DNA of 64,000 nt from Dehalogenimonas sp. WBC-2 (lineage in GTDB: Bacteria > Chloroflexota > Dehalococcoidia > Dehalococcoidales > Dehalococcoidaceae). The stretch lies in the NCBI GenBank assembly GCA_001005265.1, contig CP011392.1:1111902-1175901 (forward strand), written 5' to 3'. The notes beneath the pieces are model-generated. The model saw nothing but the letters and a program-made list of their open reading frames with translations, made no database searches and was not told where the DNA came from. This document shows positions 16,790 through 26,560 of this stretch, in pieces (position 1 is the stretch's first letter; each line of letters opens with the position of its first letter). A program made the translations under genes and the position numbers.

Positions 16790-17790
16790 CAGTGCATACC
16801 TCCGGTCATCTTGCGTCTCCGACGCACCATTGCCAGCGGGTCAGCGCTTTCCTCCCGGATTTCCCGGCCGGTATAGTTAAGGAACACATCATCAAGAGTC
16901 GGCCGACGGACTCCTATAGAGGTTAGTCGGCCGTGAAAACATTTTACGAATTCGGGGATGAATTCATCGCTGTTTGCCACGCTGAATACCACGCTTTCAG
17001 CCTTGACCTGGGCATCAATTCCATAATGCTCTTTGATTTCCTGGATCGCAGCCTGGTTGTCCGCGGCTTTGATGGTAACCACATCTCCCCCGATACCATC
17101 CTTTAAATGTTCAGGACTATCTAAGGTAATGATCTTTCCATGGTCTATAATTGCGATACGATCACAGTTCTCAGCTTCTTCCATATAATGCGTAGTCATA
17201 AAAATAGTAAGATTGGTTTGCTGCTGGAGCCGTTTAATATGGTCCCATATGTTGCGTCGCGTCTGCGGGTCCAGGCCGATTGTCGGCTCATCAAGAAACA
17301 GTACTTTAGGCTGATGCAACAGGCCACGGGCGATCTCCAGGCGCCTTTTCATACCGCCGGAGAATGTACGGATGGCGTCCTTGCGCCGGTCCCACAGTTC
17401 CACCATTTCCATCAACTCTTGTATCTTGGATTCCCGATTTGCAGCCGGTATGCCATAAGCGTAAGCGTGGAAACGTAAATTCTGCTCGGCATTGAGATAA
17501 TCATCCAGTGTCGGTTCCTGAAATACCAGACCAATGGAACGGCGCACATCATCCATTTGGGTTTCAACATCAAATCCGTTAACTATCGCCTTACCGCCGG
17601 TCGGCTTCAGCAGTGTGCATAACATATTAATGGTGGTAGTTTTGCCTGCCCCGTTTGGCCCAAGGAATCCAAATATTTCACCCTGTCTTACTTCAAATGT
17701 GGCATTTATCACCGCCTTAATCTGCCCGAACGAGCGGCTGAGATCGGTTACCTCAATGACATTCTGGATATTATTAGTCTCAATCATCAA
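16789..17790 (-). CDS. ABC transporter ATP-binding protein (DrrA/ABC-2 subfamily)
   Basis: Walker A GPNGAGKTT, signature FSGGMKRRLEIARGL, Walker B VLFLDEPTIGLD, and a C-terminal extension typical of DrrA-like ATPases. Confidence 0.92.
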   Translation of the reverse strand: MMIETNNIQNVIEVTDLSRSFGQIKAVINATFEVRQGEIFGFLGPNGAGKTTTINMLCTLLKPTGGKAIVNGFDVETQMDDVRRSIGLVFQEPTLDDYLNAEQNLRFHAYAYGIPAANRESKIQELMEMVELWDRRKDAIRTFSGGMKRRLEIARGLLHQPKVLFLDEPTIGLDPQTRRNIWDHIKRLQQQTNLTIFMTTHYMEEAENCDRIAIIDHGKIITLDSPEHLKDGIGGDVVTIKAADNQAAIQEIKEHYGIDAQVKAESVVFSVANSDEFIPEFVKCFHGRLTSIGVRRPTLDDVFLNYTGREIREESADPLAMVRRRRKMTGGMH

Positions 17791-17819
17791 ACTATTTCCT
17801 CCGTCAATCGAAAAATGAG

Positions 17820-18320
17820 TTACCGCTCCTGAAAAATGGTCTCGATATCACAGCAGGCTTTTTTGATTGTTTCCTTGATCCTGAGCATTTGCTCGCTGGA
17901 GAGATTCCCCATTTTCTGTCCAAAGAGTTGGCGTAATCGGTGTAATTCATCGATTATTTCTTTCCATTCATTCTTGTCGAAGTTTCTGGATCTGCGCTCG
18001 GCAATCTTTTGAAGATGTTGAATGATCTCCGAGCGTTGCCCAAGGAATTCAAGGCCGGATTTAGTAATAGTATAGGTTTTTTTACCTTCATCTTCGGTTG
18101 AAGTCACAAAACCTTTATCCTGCAACTTTTGTAATATAGGATAAACGCTTCCAGGGCTGGGAGAATAAAAACCGTGAAACCTTTCTTCAAGTGCCCGTAT
18201 CAAATCATAGCCGTGAGTCGGCTTATCTTTCAGCAAATCTAACAATACGAATTTTAAAACGCCTTTTTCAAAAAAACGACGCGCCCGCACCGGACCGAAC
18301 GGCGGCCAGCCAGGAACCAT
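17820..18320 (-). CDS. PadR-family transcriptional regulator
   Basis: LKFVLLDLLKDKPTHGYDLIRALEERF...SPGSVYPILQKLQDKGFV is the PadR winged helix. The start is uncertain: ATG at 18320, with 18356 or 18401 also possible. Confidence 0.85.
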   Translation of the reverse strand: MVPGWPPFGPVRARRFFEKGVLKFVLLDLLKDKPTHGYDLIRALEERFHGFYSPSPGSVYPILQKLQDKGFVTSTEDEGKKTYTITKSGLEFLGQRSEIIQHLQKIAERRSRNFDKNEWKEIIDELHRLRQLFGQKMGNLSSEQMLRIKETIKKACCDIETIFQER

Positions 18321-18481
18321 ATGCCTTCTGATGCAAACTTTTTGCAGTAAACTCATACGATATATCGTAACATGTCGTTTTAGATGCGTCAAATACGACA
18401 ACCGTAGCCCGAAATGTGAGAGGATGCACGGATGTTATCCGGCGCATAGATCATTCAGCTAAAGATGCTTACTGAGTGGAA

Positions 18482-19921
18482 CTAAGTAACTTCCTGCACT
18501 TTTAGAAGATTGGTTGTGCCCGCCACCCCCAGCGGCGCCCCGCCGGTGACGATGATGTTATCCCCCGCCTTGGCCAGCTTAAGTTTTTTACAAACCTTTA
18601 CCGCCGTGGCAAAAAGATCATCGACCGTTTTAGGCGTAGGAATCTGGCTGGCCTGAACCCCCCAATTCAGAATTAAACGGCGGCAGATGTCGCCATTGGG
18701 TGAAATAGCCAGTATCGGCGCGCTGGGTCGGTATTTAGCCACGCGTCCGGCTGTTGAACCGGATGAAGTAAAAGCAACGATAGCGGCTGCTTTCAAACGC
18801 CGGGCTGTCAGACAGGCGTTATAACTGATTAATTCCTCGGTCTGATCGGTCAGCCAGCTATCACGCTCGGCGATCCACAGGTCGTAGGGCAGTGTTTTCT
18901 CGGTTTCCATGGCCACTGCGGACATCATGGTCACAGCTTGAACCGGATATTTACCGATAGAGGTCTCCGCAGAAAGCATCACCGCGTCACTGCCGTCCAG
19001 AATAGCGTTAGCCACGTCAGATACCTCAGCCCGGGTAGGCCGCGCAGCATTGATCATTGATTCCAGCATCTGTGTGGCGGTTATCACCGGTTTGCCGGCG
19101 CGGTTGGCCTTATGAATAATCTCCTTTTGCACCAGCGGCAGCCGTTCCAATGGAATATCCACCCCCAGGTCCCCCCGCGCCACCATAACGCCGTCAACTT
19201 CAGCCAGGATGGCGTCAAAAACATCTACCGCCGCGCCGCGTTCTATCTTGGCAATAAGAAGAATATCAGCACCGCGCTTTTTTAGAATCTGCCTTACCTG
19301 GATAACATCAAGCGGGCGGCTGACAAATGAAAGAGCTACAAAATCAGGACGCTGGCTGATGGCAAAATTGATATAACCCTTCAGTAAGTCAGACATAAAG
19401 GGGATGCTGGACTTGCGTCCTGGTATGGCAATGCCCCGCCCGGCCGTTAATTTACCGCCCACCAGAATAGTGCAAACGGTGTCGGTTTCGGTAACTTCAA
19501 CACATTTCAGTTGCATCGCGCCATCATCCAGGAGCACCAGATCATTGACCCGGACGTCCTTTGCCAATGTCGGCAAATTAACCGATACCTCTTTTTCATC
19601 TCCGATTACCGACCTGGCAGTTAAAACAATAGTATCGCCTTTAATCAGTTGAACACTGGGTTGCGCCAAAGCCCCTGTCCGGTATTTAGGCCCCGGCAGG
19701 TCAATCATCACCGCCACCGGCGTACCCAGACGCTTGGACTCAGCGCGGACCCGCTTTATCTGTTCTGTATGCTCCTCTAAATTGCCGTGGGACAGGTTGA
19801 ACCGGGCTACATTCATCCCGGCGCTTATTAGCTCAGCCAGCGTTTCTGAGGAAGCGGTCGCCGGCCCGATGGTGGCGACTATTTTAGTACGGCGGCTTGC
19901 GGCTGTAGATTTATGTTTCAT
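18482..19921 (-). CDS. pyk: Pyruvate kinase
   Basis: RRTKIVATIGPA, MNVARFNLSHG, KIERGAAV, MVARGDLGV. Start at MKHKST is preferred; the ORF extends to 19939. Confidence 0.95.
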   Translation of the reverse strand: MKHKSTAASRRTKIVATIGPATASSETLAELISAGMNVARFNLSHGNLEEHTEQIKRVRAESKRLGTPVAVMIDLPGPKYRTGALAQPSVQLIKGDTIVLTARSVIGDEKEVSVNLPTLAKDVRVNDLVLLDDGAMQLKCVEVTETDTVCTILVGGKLTAGRGIAIPGRKSSIPFMSDLLKGYINFAISQRPDFVALSFVSRPLDVIQVRQILKKRGADILLIAKIERGAAVDVFDAILAEVDGVMVARGDLGVDIPLERLPLVQKEIIHKANRAGKPVITATQMLESMINAARPTRAEVSDVANAILDGSDAVMLSAETSIGKYPVQAVTMMSAVAMETEKTLPYDLWIAERDSWLTDQTEELISYNACLTARRLKAAAIVAFTSSGSTAGRVAKYRPSAPILAISPNGDICRRLILNWGVQASQIPTPKTVDDLFATAVKVCKKLKLAKAGDNIIVTGGAPLGVAGTTNLLKVQEVT

Positions 19922-20034
19922 ATTAAAATTATCCCACAAGCAGCGCTACTGCTCAAGGTTTAGGCGGAAAGGTTTTGAGTCACATGATATAATACAGGGG
20001 CAGATACCAAAATATTTGAAAATGAAGGCAATCA

Positions 20035-20265
20035 ATGCTAAAAAAAGGCGACCGGATTTCCATATCGTACCGCAAGGGCAAGGACACAAAGGGCAATTAT
20101 ATTCTAGATACTCTTCCCGACGCAGAAGTTGAAGAATACACCGGGAGTATCCTCAGGGTAAGAACATTTGAGAAAGTGCCCGGTCCTCATGGTGATGAAG
20201 TCGAGATCAAACATTTTACGTTCGATGTGAATTCACCGGAATTCGTCGGAGCCATCCCGGACTAG
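20035..20265 (+). CDS. Small hypothetical protein
   Basis: 76-aa ORF with a weak GAAGG ribosome-binding site. No recognised motif. Confidence 0.35.
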   Translation: MLKKGDRISISYRKGKDTKGNYILDTLPDAEVEEYTGSILRVRTFEKVPGPHGDEVEIKHFTFDVNSPEFVGAIPD

Positions 20266-20470
20266 CCGCTTTAACCCCGCTTTTATTAACCATCTTCACC
20301 CCGAAACCATTTGGCAATTTTCGTTCGATTGTTTGCCATCCCGCCACACTTAAAGAATTCGTCAGGATTATTAAAAAAGGACGGCAACCAGTCAAAATAA
20401 TGATTGCCTCTCCGCCCGTTGCGTTATATAATCATAGACCACTTGATTTAGAACCGGAGGGACCTTCACT

Positions 20471-21598
20471 ATGCGCTTGTCTTGTCTTCAGGAAAATCTG
20501 GCCAAAGGCTTAAGTGTCGTCGGCCGCGCCGCCGCCGTGCGTTCCACTCTGCCGATCACTTCCAACGTGCTCATCTCCACTGATGAGGGCCGTTTGAAAC
20601 TGGCCGCCACCAACCTGGAAATGGCTATTTCATGCTGGGTCGGCGCAAAAATAGAAGAGGACGGCGCCACCACCGTTCCGGCCAAGTTGCTGAGTGAATT
20701 CATCACTTCGCTGCCTAATGACAAGATTGACATGACCCTTTCCGCCAAAAAGACCCTGACTCTTAAGTGCGGCCGTTTTGAGGCCCGCATGTCCGGTGTT
20801 GATGCCAAGGACTTCCCCCCCATCCCCCGGGTTGAAAACGGTATAACCGCCAAGGTTGATGTCGCTGAGTTCAAAAAAGGCGTCAGCCGGGTCGTCTTCG
20901 CCGCCGCTACCGATGAATCCCGCCCTGTCCTCACCGGTATTGACGCTGAGTTTGACGGTTCAGTCCTCACCCTGGCCGCCGCTGACGGTTTCCGTCTGGC
21001 GGTCTACAAAATGGCGCTGGCTGAGCCGGTATCACAAAAGGTGAAGGCCATAATCCCGTCCAAAACCCTGGCCGAGGTCAGCCGCCTTATCGCCGATGCT
21101 GATGATTCTATCGCCATCACCATTGACACCCAAAAAAGCCAGATATTGTTCAAACTCAAGAATATAGAGCTGGTTTCTCAGTTGTTGCAGGGTACTTTCC
21201 CTCAATACTCCCAGATCATCCCGCAGTCTCACACCACCCGCGCTGTATTGGACGTGCCCCAATTCCAGATGGCCGCCAAAACCGCCCAGATATTCGCCCG
21301 TGACGGCGGCGGCATCGTCCGGCTCATTATGACCCCCGGCGGCAAGGCCCCCGGCCGTCTGTCCATTACCGCCCGCTCAGAGGAGATTGGTGAAGACCAG
21401 TCAGAGCTTGATGCCGCGGTTTCCGGTGATGAAGCCAAGATAGCCTTTAACGGCAAGTACCTGCTGGACGTGCTGAACGTTCTATCTGAGAACCAGGTGG
21501 CGCTGGAAGTTACCGGTCCCTCCAGCCCCGGCGTTATACGGCCTCTGGGGACGGATAATTATATTCATGTGGTAATGCCCATGTTCGTGCAGTGGTAA
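20471..21598 (+). CDS. dnaN: DNA polymerase III beta subunit (sliding clamp)
   Basis: 375 aa with the typical three-domain clamp length. N-terminus MRLSCLQENLAKGLSVVGRA...LPITSNVLI. GGAGGG ribosome-binding site upstream. Confidence 0.93.
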   Translation: MRLSCLQENLAKGLSVVGRAAAVRSTLPITSNVLISTDEGRLKLAATNLEMAISCWVGAKIEEDGATTVPAKLLSEFITSLPNDKIDMTLSAKKTLTLKCGRFEARMSGVDAKDFPPIPRVENGITAKVDVAEFKKGVSRVVFAAATDESRPVLTGIDAEFDGSVLTLAAADGFRLAVYKMALAEPVSQKVKAIIPSKTLAEVSRLIADADDSIAITIDTQKSQILFKLKNIELVSQLLQGTFPQYSQIIPQSHTTRAVLDVPQFQMAAKTAQIFARDGGGIVRLIMTPGGKAPGRLSITARSEEIGEDQSELDAAVSGDEAKIAFNGKYLLDVLNVLSENQVALEVTGPSSPGVIRPLGTDNYIHVVMPMFVQW

Positions 21599-21619
21599 TT
21601 AATACATCATCGTTTGATA

Positions 21620-21654
21620 AGAAAGCCTGGCACAAAACGCCAGGCTTTCTTTTT
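21620..21654 (+). terminator. Rho-independent terminator of dnaN
   Basis: 12-bp stem AGAAAGCCTGGC / GCCAGGCTTTCT, 7-nt loop, then TTTT. Confidence 0.8.
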
Positions 21655-21700
21655 GAAGGATCATCGTAAACTTGAATCGTGATTAACGAGGTGATTGCAA

Positions 21701-23611
21701 ATGAGTTGGCATAGAAATCTATCTCAAGAGCAAAAAGAGAAAGCACAGCATTTCGGTTCACATGCCAGATTATTAGCTGGGCCAGGCACGGGTAAAACCC
21801 GAACCATGACTGCAAGAGTTGCATACCTTCTGGAGGAACGGGGGATTCCTTCCGACCAAATCCTTACTCTCACTTTTACACGAGCCGCTACAAGCGAGTT
21901 CAGAAAGCGTCTGGTTGAATTATTAGAACAACCAACTATCCCCAAAGTAAGCACTCTACATTCATTCGCTCTTCAATCACTTCTGCAACTTGGTGCAGGA
22001 AATCGCCTCCCTTCTCCCATAAGAATCGCGGATGATTACGAAGAAAGAGAAATTATTGAAGAGGACATTAAAGATATACTTGAATTGCATCGGGTGAAGG
22101 ATGCACGAGACCTAATAGATCTCCTATCCGCTGACTGGGAGATGCTAACAGCTGATGCGGATGACTGGGATAATCGTTTCCCTGACCCTAGATTCCTCGG
22201 TGCGTGGAGAGAACATCGAACAATATATGGTTACACTCTCCAAGCCGAACTTGTTTATCAATTGAAACAAGCCTTAGAGGAGGGAGCAAGAAGACTTGTC
22301 AACCTTCCAACCCATGTTTTAGTAGATGAATACCAAGATCTCAACGCCTGCGACTTATCCATCGTTCAAAATCTAGCGCGAAATGGTGCCCAGTTATATG
22401 TTGCTGGGGATGATGATCAGAGTATTTACGGTTTTAGGCATGCCGATCCCACTGGTATTCGCCGATTTTTAACAGAATACAACGGGTCAGTGGGGTTGAC
22501 CCTCTCGGAATGTCATCGCTGTGGCCAAAACATCCTTTCTATTGCAGAGTACGTGGCAGAACAAGATATACACAGACTCTTAAAACCCTTGACTCCTTGT
22601 CTTGGACGTCCAGGAGAAGTTCATCTATTGAGATTTGGTGATTTTCCTGATGAAGCCAATGCAATCGCGCAAATTTCCCGCTGGTTAATCGAAACCAAAG
22701 GCGTCACAGTTGACCAGATTTTGGTATTGGTCAGGTCCGACAATCATCGCAGATTCTCCAATCCGATTCGTACCGCTTTTCAAAATCAGGGAATTCCAGC
22801 GTCAACGATAGAAGACCCACTAAATGTGTTTGAACAAAAACAAGGCCGCAAGTTTATCTCCTTTCTTCGTTTAATGGTAAATCAAAACGATAATCTAGCT
22901 TGGCGAAACCTGATTATGATTCGCGAAAACAATCTTGGAGATGTCGCCGTCACAAGTATTTATGAAATTGCTCGAGATAGGGGGGGTACTTTCTTCGAAG
23001 CCATCTCTCTCATCGCTGACAGCCCTTCGCTCATACCCAGACAGGGTGAATTGATAAAAACAGAATTTGAGACCATAACGAACCTGCTCGGTAGACTCAA
23101 CACAGAACATGAACGGCTTGAAAATCTTACTGAGTTCATAAATTGGATGATTAACGACTTACTCGCTCTCCAAAATGTCGAAGAAATAATGATAATCATA
23201 GAACGTATTCTTGCAGAGAACCCTGGCATCTCGCTTGAAGATTTTCTCCGAGCACTTACTTCTCCAATGCATGAGGCAGAACAAATTCGAGTAAAAGGAA
23301 TGGTCAATATTATGACCATGCATCAGGCGAAAGGACTTGACGCAGAAGTTATATTTGTGGTCGCGGCAGAAGATGAGTATATTCCCGGACGAGCCCAAGG
23401 CAACGAAATCAATGATGAGCGTAGGTTGCTTTACGTATCCCTCACTCGCGCACGTTCTTTTCTTTACATCACTTACTGTAATCAAAGAACAGGGGTTCAA
23501 CAACATACAGGTAATTCAACTTTCACAGCGCAACGCCATCTAACACGATTTCTCAGTGGTGGTCCTATTCGTCCCAAGTCGGGTGGGACATATCTCGCTA
23601 CTCTTGTATAG
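21701..23611 (+). CDS. UvrD/Rep-like SF1 helicase (accessory, AT-rich gene)
   Basis: LLAGPGTGKTRT (Walker A), VLVDEYQDLN (motif II), YGFRHAD, MTMHQAKGLDAEVIFV, LLYVSLTRAR. ATG at 21701 is preceded by GAGGTG. Confidence 0.85.
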   Translation: MSWHRNLSQEQKEKAQHFGSHARLLAGPGTGKTRTMTARVAYLLEERGIPSDQILTLTFTRAATSEFRKRLVELLEQPTIPKVSTLHSFALQSLLQLGAGNRLPSPIRIADDYEEREIIEEDIKDILELHRVKDARDLIDLLSADWEMLTADADDWDNRFPDPRFLGAWREHRTIYGYTLQAELVYQLKQALEEGARRLVNLPTHVLVDEYQDLNACDLSIVQNLARNGAQLYVAGDDDQSIYGFRHADPTGIRRFLTEYNGSVGLTLSECHRCGQNILSIAEYVAEQDIHRLLKPLTPCLGRPGEVHLLRFGDFPDEANAIAQISRWLIETKGVTVDQILVLVRSDNHRRFSNPIRTAFQNQGIPASTIEDPLNVFEQKQGRKFISFLRLMVNQNDNLAWRNLIMIRENNLGDVAVTSIYEIARDRGGTFFEAISLIADSPSLIPRQGELIKTEFETITNLLGRLNTEHERLENLTEFINWMINDLLALQNVEEIMIIIERILAENPGISLEDFLRALTSPMHEAEQIRVKGMVNIMTMHQAKGLDAEVIFVVAAEDEYIPGRAQGNEINDERRLLYVSLTRARSFLYITYCNQRTGVQQHTGNSTFTAQRHLTRFLSGGPIRPKSGGTYLATLV

Positions 23612-23798
23612 CCTATAACTAATCGAACCTCCAAATCCAAATCTACAGCCACTTTTCTTTATCCAATACAAACACATATAGCTAAGCACTACAAATACAC
23701 GTGTTGCGAATTGTAGTGCTTGCTAAGTGCATGCTTGCTTGCAAGCTTCTACTTTAAAATTTCAACATTATAGCGTTGAGGAGTGATAGAATATCCCT

Positions 23799-24116
23799 AT
23801 GGAAATGTCATCCGGAGTTCGCGCTCTCTTCGAATCCCTAAAGGTTGAGTTCACCAAATTCGGCAAGTTCGACGTTGAAGAGAAGAACACATCCTATCAC
23901 ATTACTCATAAAGGAGCTTTCGCCGGGATTCACCCGCGCAAGAGTTATTTGATACTCAATATTGTCAGTTCTTCACCGATCAAAAGTCATCGGGTCGCAC
24001 ATCTGGAACAGGTCTCCAAATCAAGGTTCCATAACAAGATAAAGATCGAAAAGGAATCTGACATCGACGACGAACTCATTGATTGGCTCCGTCAAGCATA
24101 TGAACTGATGTCATAA
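23799..24116 (+). CDS. Small hypothetical protein, DUF5655-like (from memory)
   Basis: 105 aa. The pattern ...FAGIHPRKSYLILNI... resembles DUF5655 family members as I recall them. Not verifiable here. Confidence 0.45.
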   Translation: MEMSSGVRALFESLKVEFTKFGKFDVEEKNTSYHITHKGAFAGIHPRKSYLILNIVSSSPIKSHRVAHLEQVSKSRFHNKIKIEKESDIDDELIDWLRQAYELMS

Positions 24117-24169
24117 CTCTAATACCCCCCCCGTACCCCTCCACCCCGTCTTAGTGGTAACATTACCCC

Positions 24170-25744
24170 ATGCCCGCCGCTAAAGAAGACCTGTCCCATG
24201 TAGAACTCAACCACCAGTTTGTCCAGGCGCTGGAACTTATGGAGCGCAGTGATAAAAGTGTGTTCGTCACCGGACGCGCTGGCACTGGCAAATCCACCCT
24301 GTTGACCTGGTTCCGCCAGACCACAGCCAAAAAAGCTGTCGTACTGGCGCCAACCGGCGTGGCGGCACTTAACGTCAAAGGCCAGACCATTCATTCCTTC
24401 TTCGGCTTTAAACCTGATATCACCCTGGACAAGATCCGGAAACGCAGCGTTAGAGTCAACGTCTATCGCAAGGTGGAAACCATCGTCATTGATGAGATTT
24501 CCATGGTTCGGGCAGACCTCTTGGATTGCGTTGACAAGTTCCTCCGGCTTAACGGACGGGACCCGGAGCGGCCTTTCGGCGGCGTTCAGATGATCTTCAT
24601 CGGTGATCTTTACCAGTTACCGCCAGTCATAACCAGTGCGGAGCAGAAGGCTTTTCAGGAACTTTATGAGACGCCCTATTTTTACAGCGCCCGGGTTTTT
24701 AAGGCCTTTGAGATGGAGCTGTTGGAACTGGAAAAGGTTTACCGTCAGCGTGACCAGAGTTTTATCGATATTCTAAACGCCATCCGTAACAACTCCATCA
24801 CCCCGGAAGGACTTGCCCAGCTCAATGAACGCTACCTGCCGGATGCACAGCCGCCCGCCGATGCCGGTTACATCTGTCTAACTACCACCAATGCCGCGGC
24901 CGGTGACATCAATACCGCCAGGCTGGACGGGCTGAGAGGCAGGTCATATCAGTTTAGTGCCAAAATTGAAGGTGAGTTTGCCAAAGAGTATCTACCGACC
25001 AAAACCGAGCTTGAGGTCAAAGTTGGCGCCCAGATAATGATGCTCAATAACGACACCATCGGACGCTGGGTCAACGGCAGCATCGGGCGGATCACCGCCA
25101 TTGAGCGGGATAATGAGGATTATGTCATCTACGCCGAACTTGCCAGCGGCAAGGAAGTGGAGATCAAGCCCTTCACCTGGGAGATATACCGATTCTTCGT
25201 CGATGGCGGCCAGTTGCAGTCAGAAGCCGCGGGCTCCTTCACCCAGTACCCGTTGATGCTGGCCTGGGCAGTGACCATTCACAAGAGTCAGGGCAAGACT
25301 TTTGACAAGGTCATCGTCGATATCGGCCGCGGCGCCTTCGCCTGCGGCCAGACCTATGTTGCCCTGAGCCGCTGCACCACGCTGGAAGGCATCATTCTTA
25401 AAAAGCCCATCCTTAAGAGGCATGTCATGACCGACTACCGTGTCATGAACTTCCTAACCCGTTACCGCTACCGGGAAGCGGCGGGGGTCTGCCCTGTTGA
25501 TAACAAAGTGGCGATTATCAAAGCCGCCATCGAGGATGGTCTGGCGCTCAAAATCGTCTATCTCAAACCCAATGATGAAAAATCCTGCCGGACTATCATT
25601 CCCCGCGACGTCGGTGAAATGAGCTACCGCAATAAGCCATACCTGGGCGTGCAGGCATTCTGTCTGACGCGGAATGAGGAACGTGTTTTTCGGGTGGACC
25701 GCATACTGGAACTGGAGACAGTCGAGCGACCGGATTCATTTTAA
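24170..25744 (+). CDS. Pif1/RecD-like SF1B helicase with C-terminal WYL-like domain
   Basis: GRAGTGKST Walker A, IVIDEISMV Walker B, IFIGDLYQLPPV, AVTIHKSQGKTFD, YVALSRC. The C-terminal 80 aa LKIVYLKPNDEKSCRTIIPRDVG...PYLGVQAFCLTRNEERVFRVDRILELE fits the WYL pattern. Confidence 0.85.
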   Translation: MPAAKEDLSHVELNHQFVQALELMERSDKSVFVTGRAGTGKSTLLTWFRQTTAKKAVVLAPTGVAALNVKGQTIHSFFGFKPDITLDKIRKRSVRVNVYRKVETIVIDEISMVRADLLDCVDKFLRLNGRDPERPFGGVQMIFIGDLYQLPPVITSAEQKAFQELYETPYFYSARVFKAFEMELLELEKVYRQRDQSFIDILNAIRNNSITPEGLAQLNERYLPDAQPPADAGYICLTTTNAAAGDINTARLDGLRGRSYQFSAKIEGEFAKEYLPTKTELEVKVGAQIMMLNNDTIGRWVNGSIGRITAIERDNEDYVIYAELASGKEVEIKPFTWEIYRFFVDGGQLQSEAAGSFTQYPLMLAWAVTIHKSQGKTFDKVIVDIGRGAFACGQTYVALSRCTTLEGIILKKPILKRHVMTDYRVMNFLTRYRYREAAGVCPVDNKVAIIKAAIEDGLALKIVYLKPNDEKSCRTIIPRDVGEMSYRNKPYLGVQAFCLTRNEERVFRVDRILELETVERPDSF

Positions 25745-25832
25745 GGACTCCAATCCTTTCATAGTCTTTCCCCGCTGTTTTGTGGAACTTCTAATCGGGG
25801 ATATAATGACAATTATGAAAGGAGACACCAAC

Positions 25833-25940
25833 ATGTGCGATCATTGCAGAACCCACCACCCGGAACTTTTCACCAACAAACCGGCGGCCAAACCGGAACC
25901 GGAGAAGGTAAAGAAAGCGCCAGCCCCCAAAGGAAAATAA
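25833..25940 (+). CDS. Possible 35-aa Cys/His-containing Lys/Pro-rich small protein
   Basis: TATAAT at 25802-25807, AAGGAG at 25819-25824, ATG at 25833. Reads MCDHCRTHHPELFTNKPAAKPEPEKVKKAPAPKGK. Confidence 0.35.
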   Translation: MCDHCRTHHPELFTNKPAAKPEPEKVKKAPAPKGK

Positions 25941-26066
25941 AACCCTCCGGCTAAACGGCAAAGCACCCTCACCCGGTAAATAACCTAGAAACGGGCCGTC
26001 TTGTGGTGTTGCCTGTTGTGAACGATGCCTTGCGACGGTAATAGTGCCTCAGGAAACCGGTTTCGT

Positions 26067-26489
26067 TCAACTGTTTGTCGCGGGTGTTGCACCGCAGGCA
26101 TAACAAGAACCGCGATGGACACAGATAACACCACCGCAGTTGGCGCAGCGCCAGCGCTTGTTCTCACTCTCAGTGAAAGCGGTTATTCCGTTGTTTCGAA
26201 TGTTTTCAAGATTCTCAATCATACTCATTGAGTATTTGGTGCGGTAACGGAGATCAAGCTGTTTCAACCGCCTGCAAGGGTACTTTGGGCATTCATAACA
26301 AAAGCCGGATTCGGTTTGTGCCAGCAACTCGCAGTTTTTAATACCGCAACGCTGGCAAGAGACTCGCTTTTGGGTATCTTCACTCTGGCAGCCGGGACAA
26401 TGGCGTTTTTCTCTTAAGTATCCCAGACAGATGCCGCAATTCATCCCGCACGGAGCAATCAGTTCCGTTTTAATTTCTATATTCATCAA
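26067..26489 (-). CDS. Cys-rich DUF3795-like protein
   Basis: APCGMNCGICLGY...HCPGC...CQRCGIKNC...CYECPKYPCRRL matches the DUF3795 cysteine pattern as recalled. Confidence 0.7.
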   Translation of the reverse strand: MMNIEIKTELIAPCGMNCGICLGYLREKRHCPGCQSEDTQKRVSCQRCGIKNCELLAQTESGFCYECPKYPCRRLKQLDLRYRTKYSMSMIENLENIRNNGITAFTESENKRWRCANCGGVICVHRGSCYACGATPATNS

Positions 26490-26560
26490 TCATTTATCGT
26501 TTCTCATATGATTACCACACGTCCACAAAACATCATCACTATCAGATGCTAAAACTTGGG

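Noticed and set aside
19925-20470. Checked the dnaN upstream region for a replication origin (a DnaA-box cluster).
   Set aside because: There is only one imperfect box-like sequence (ttatcccaca at about 19931), no dnaA gene, and no cluster of TTATCCACA-like 9-mers.
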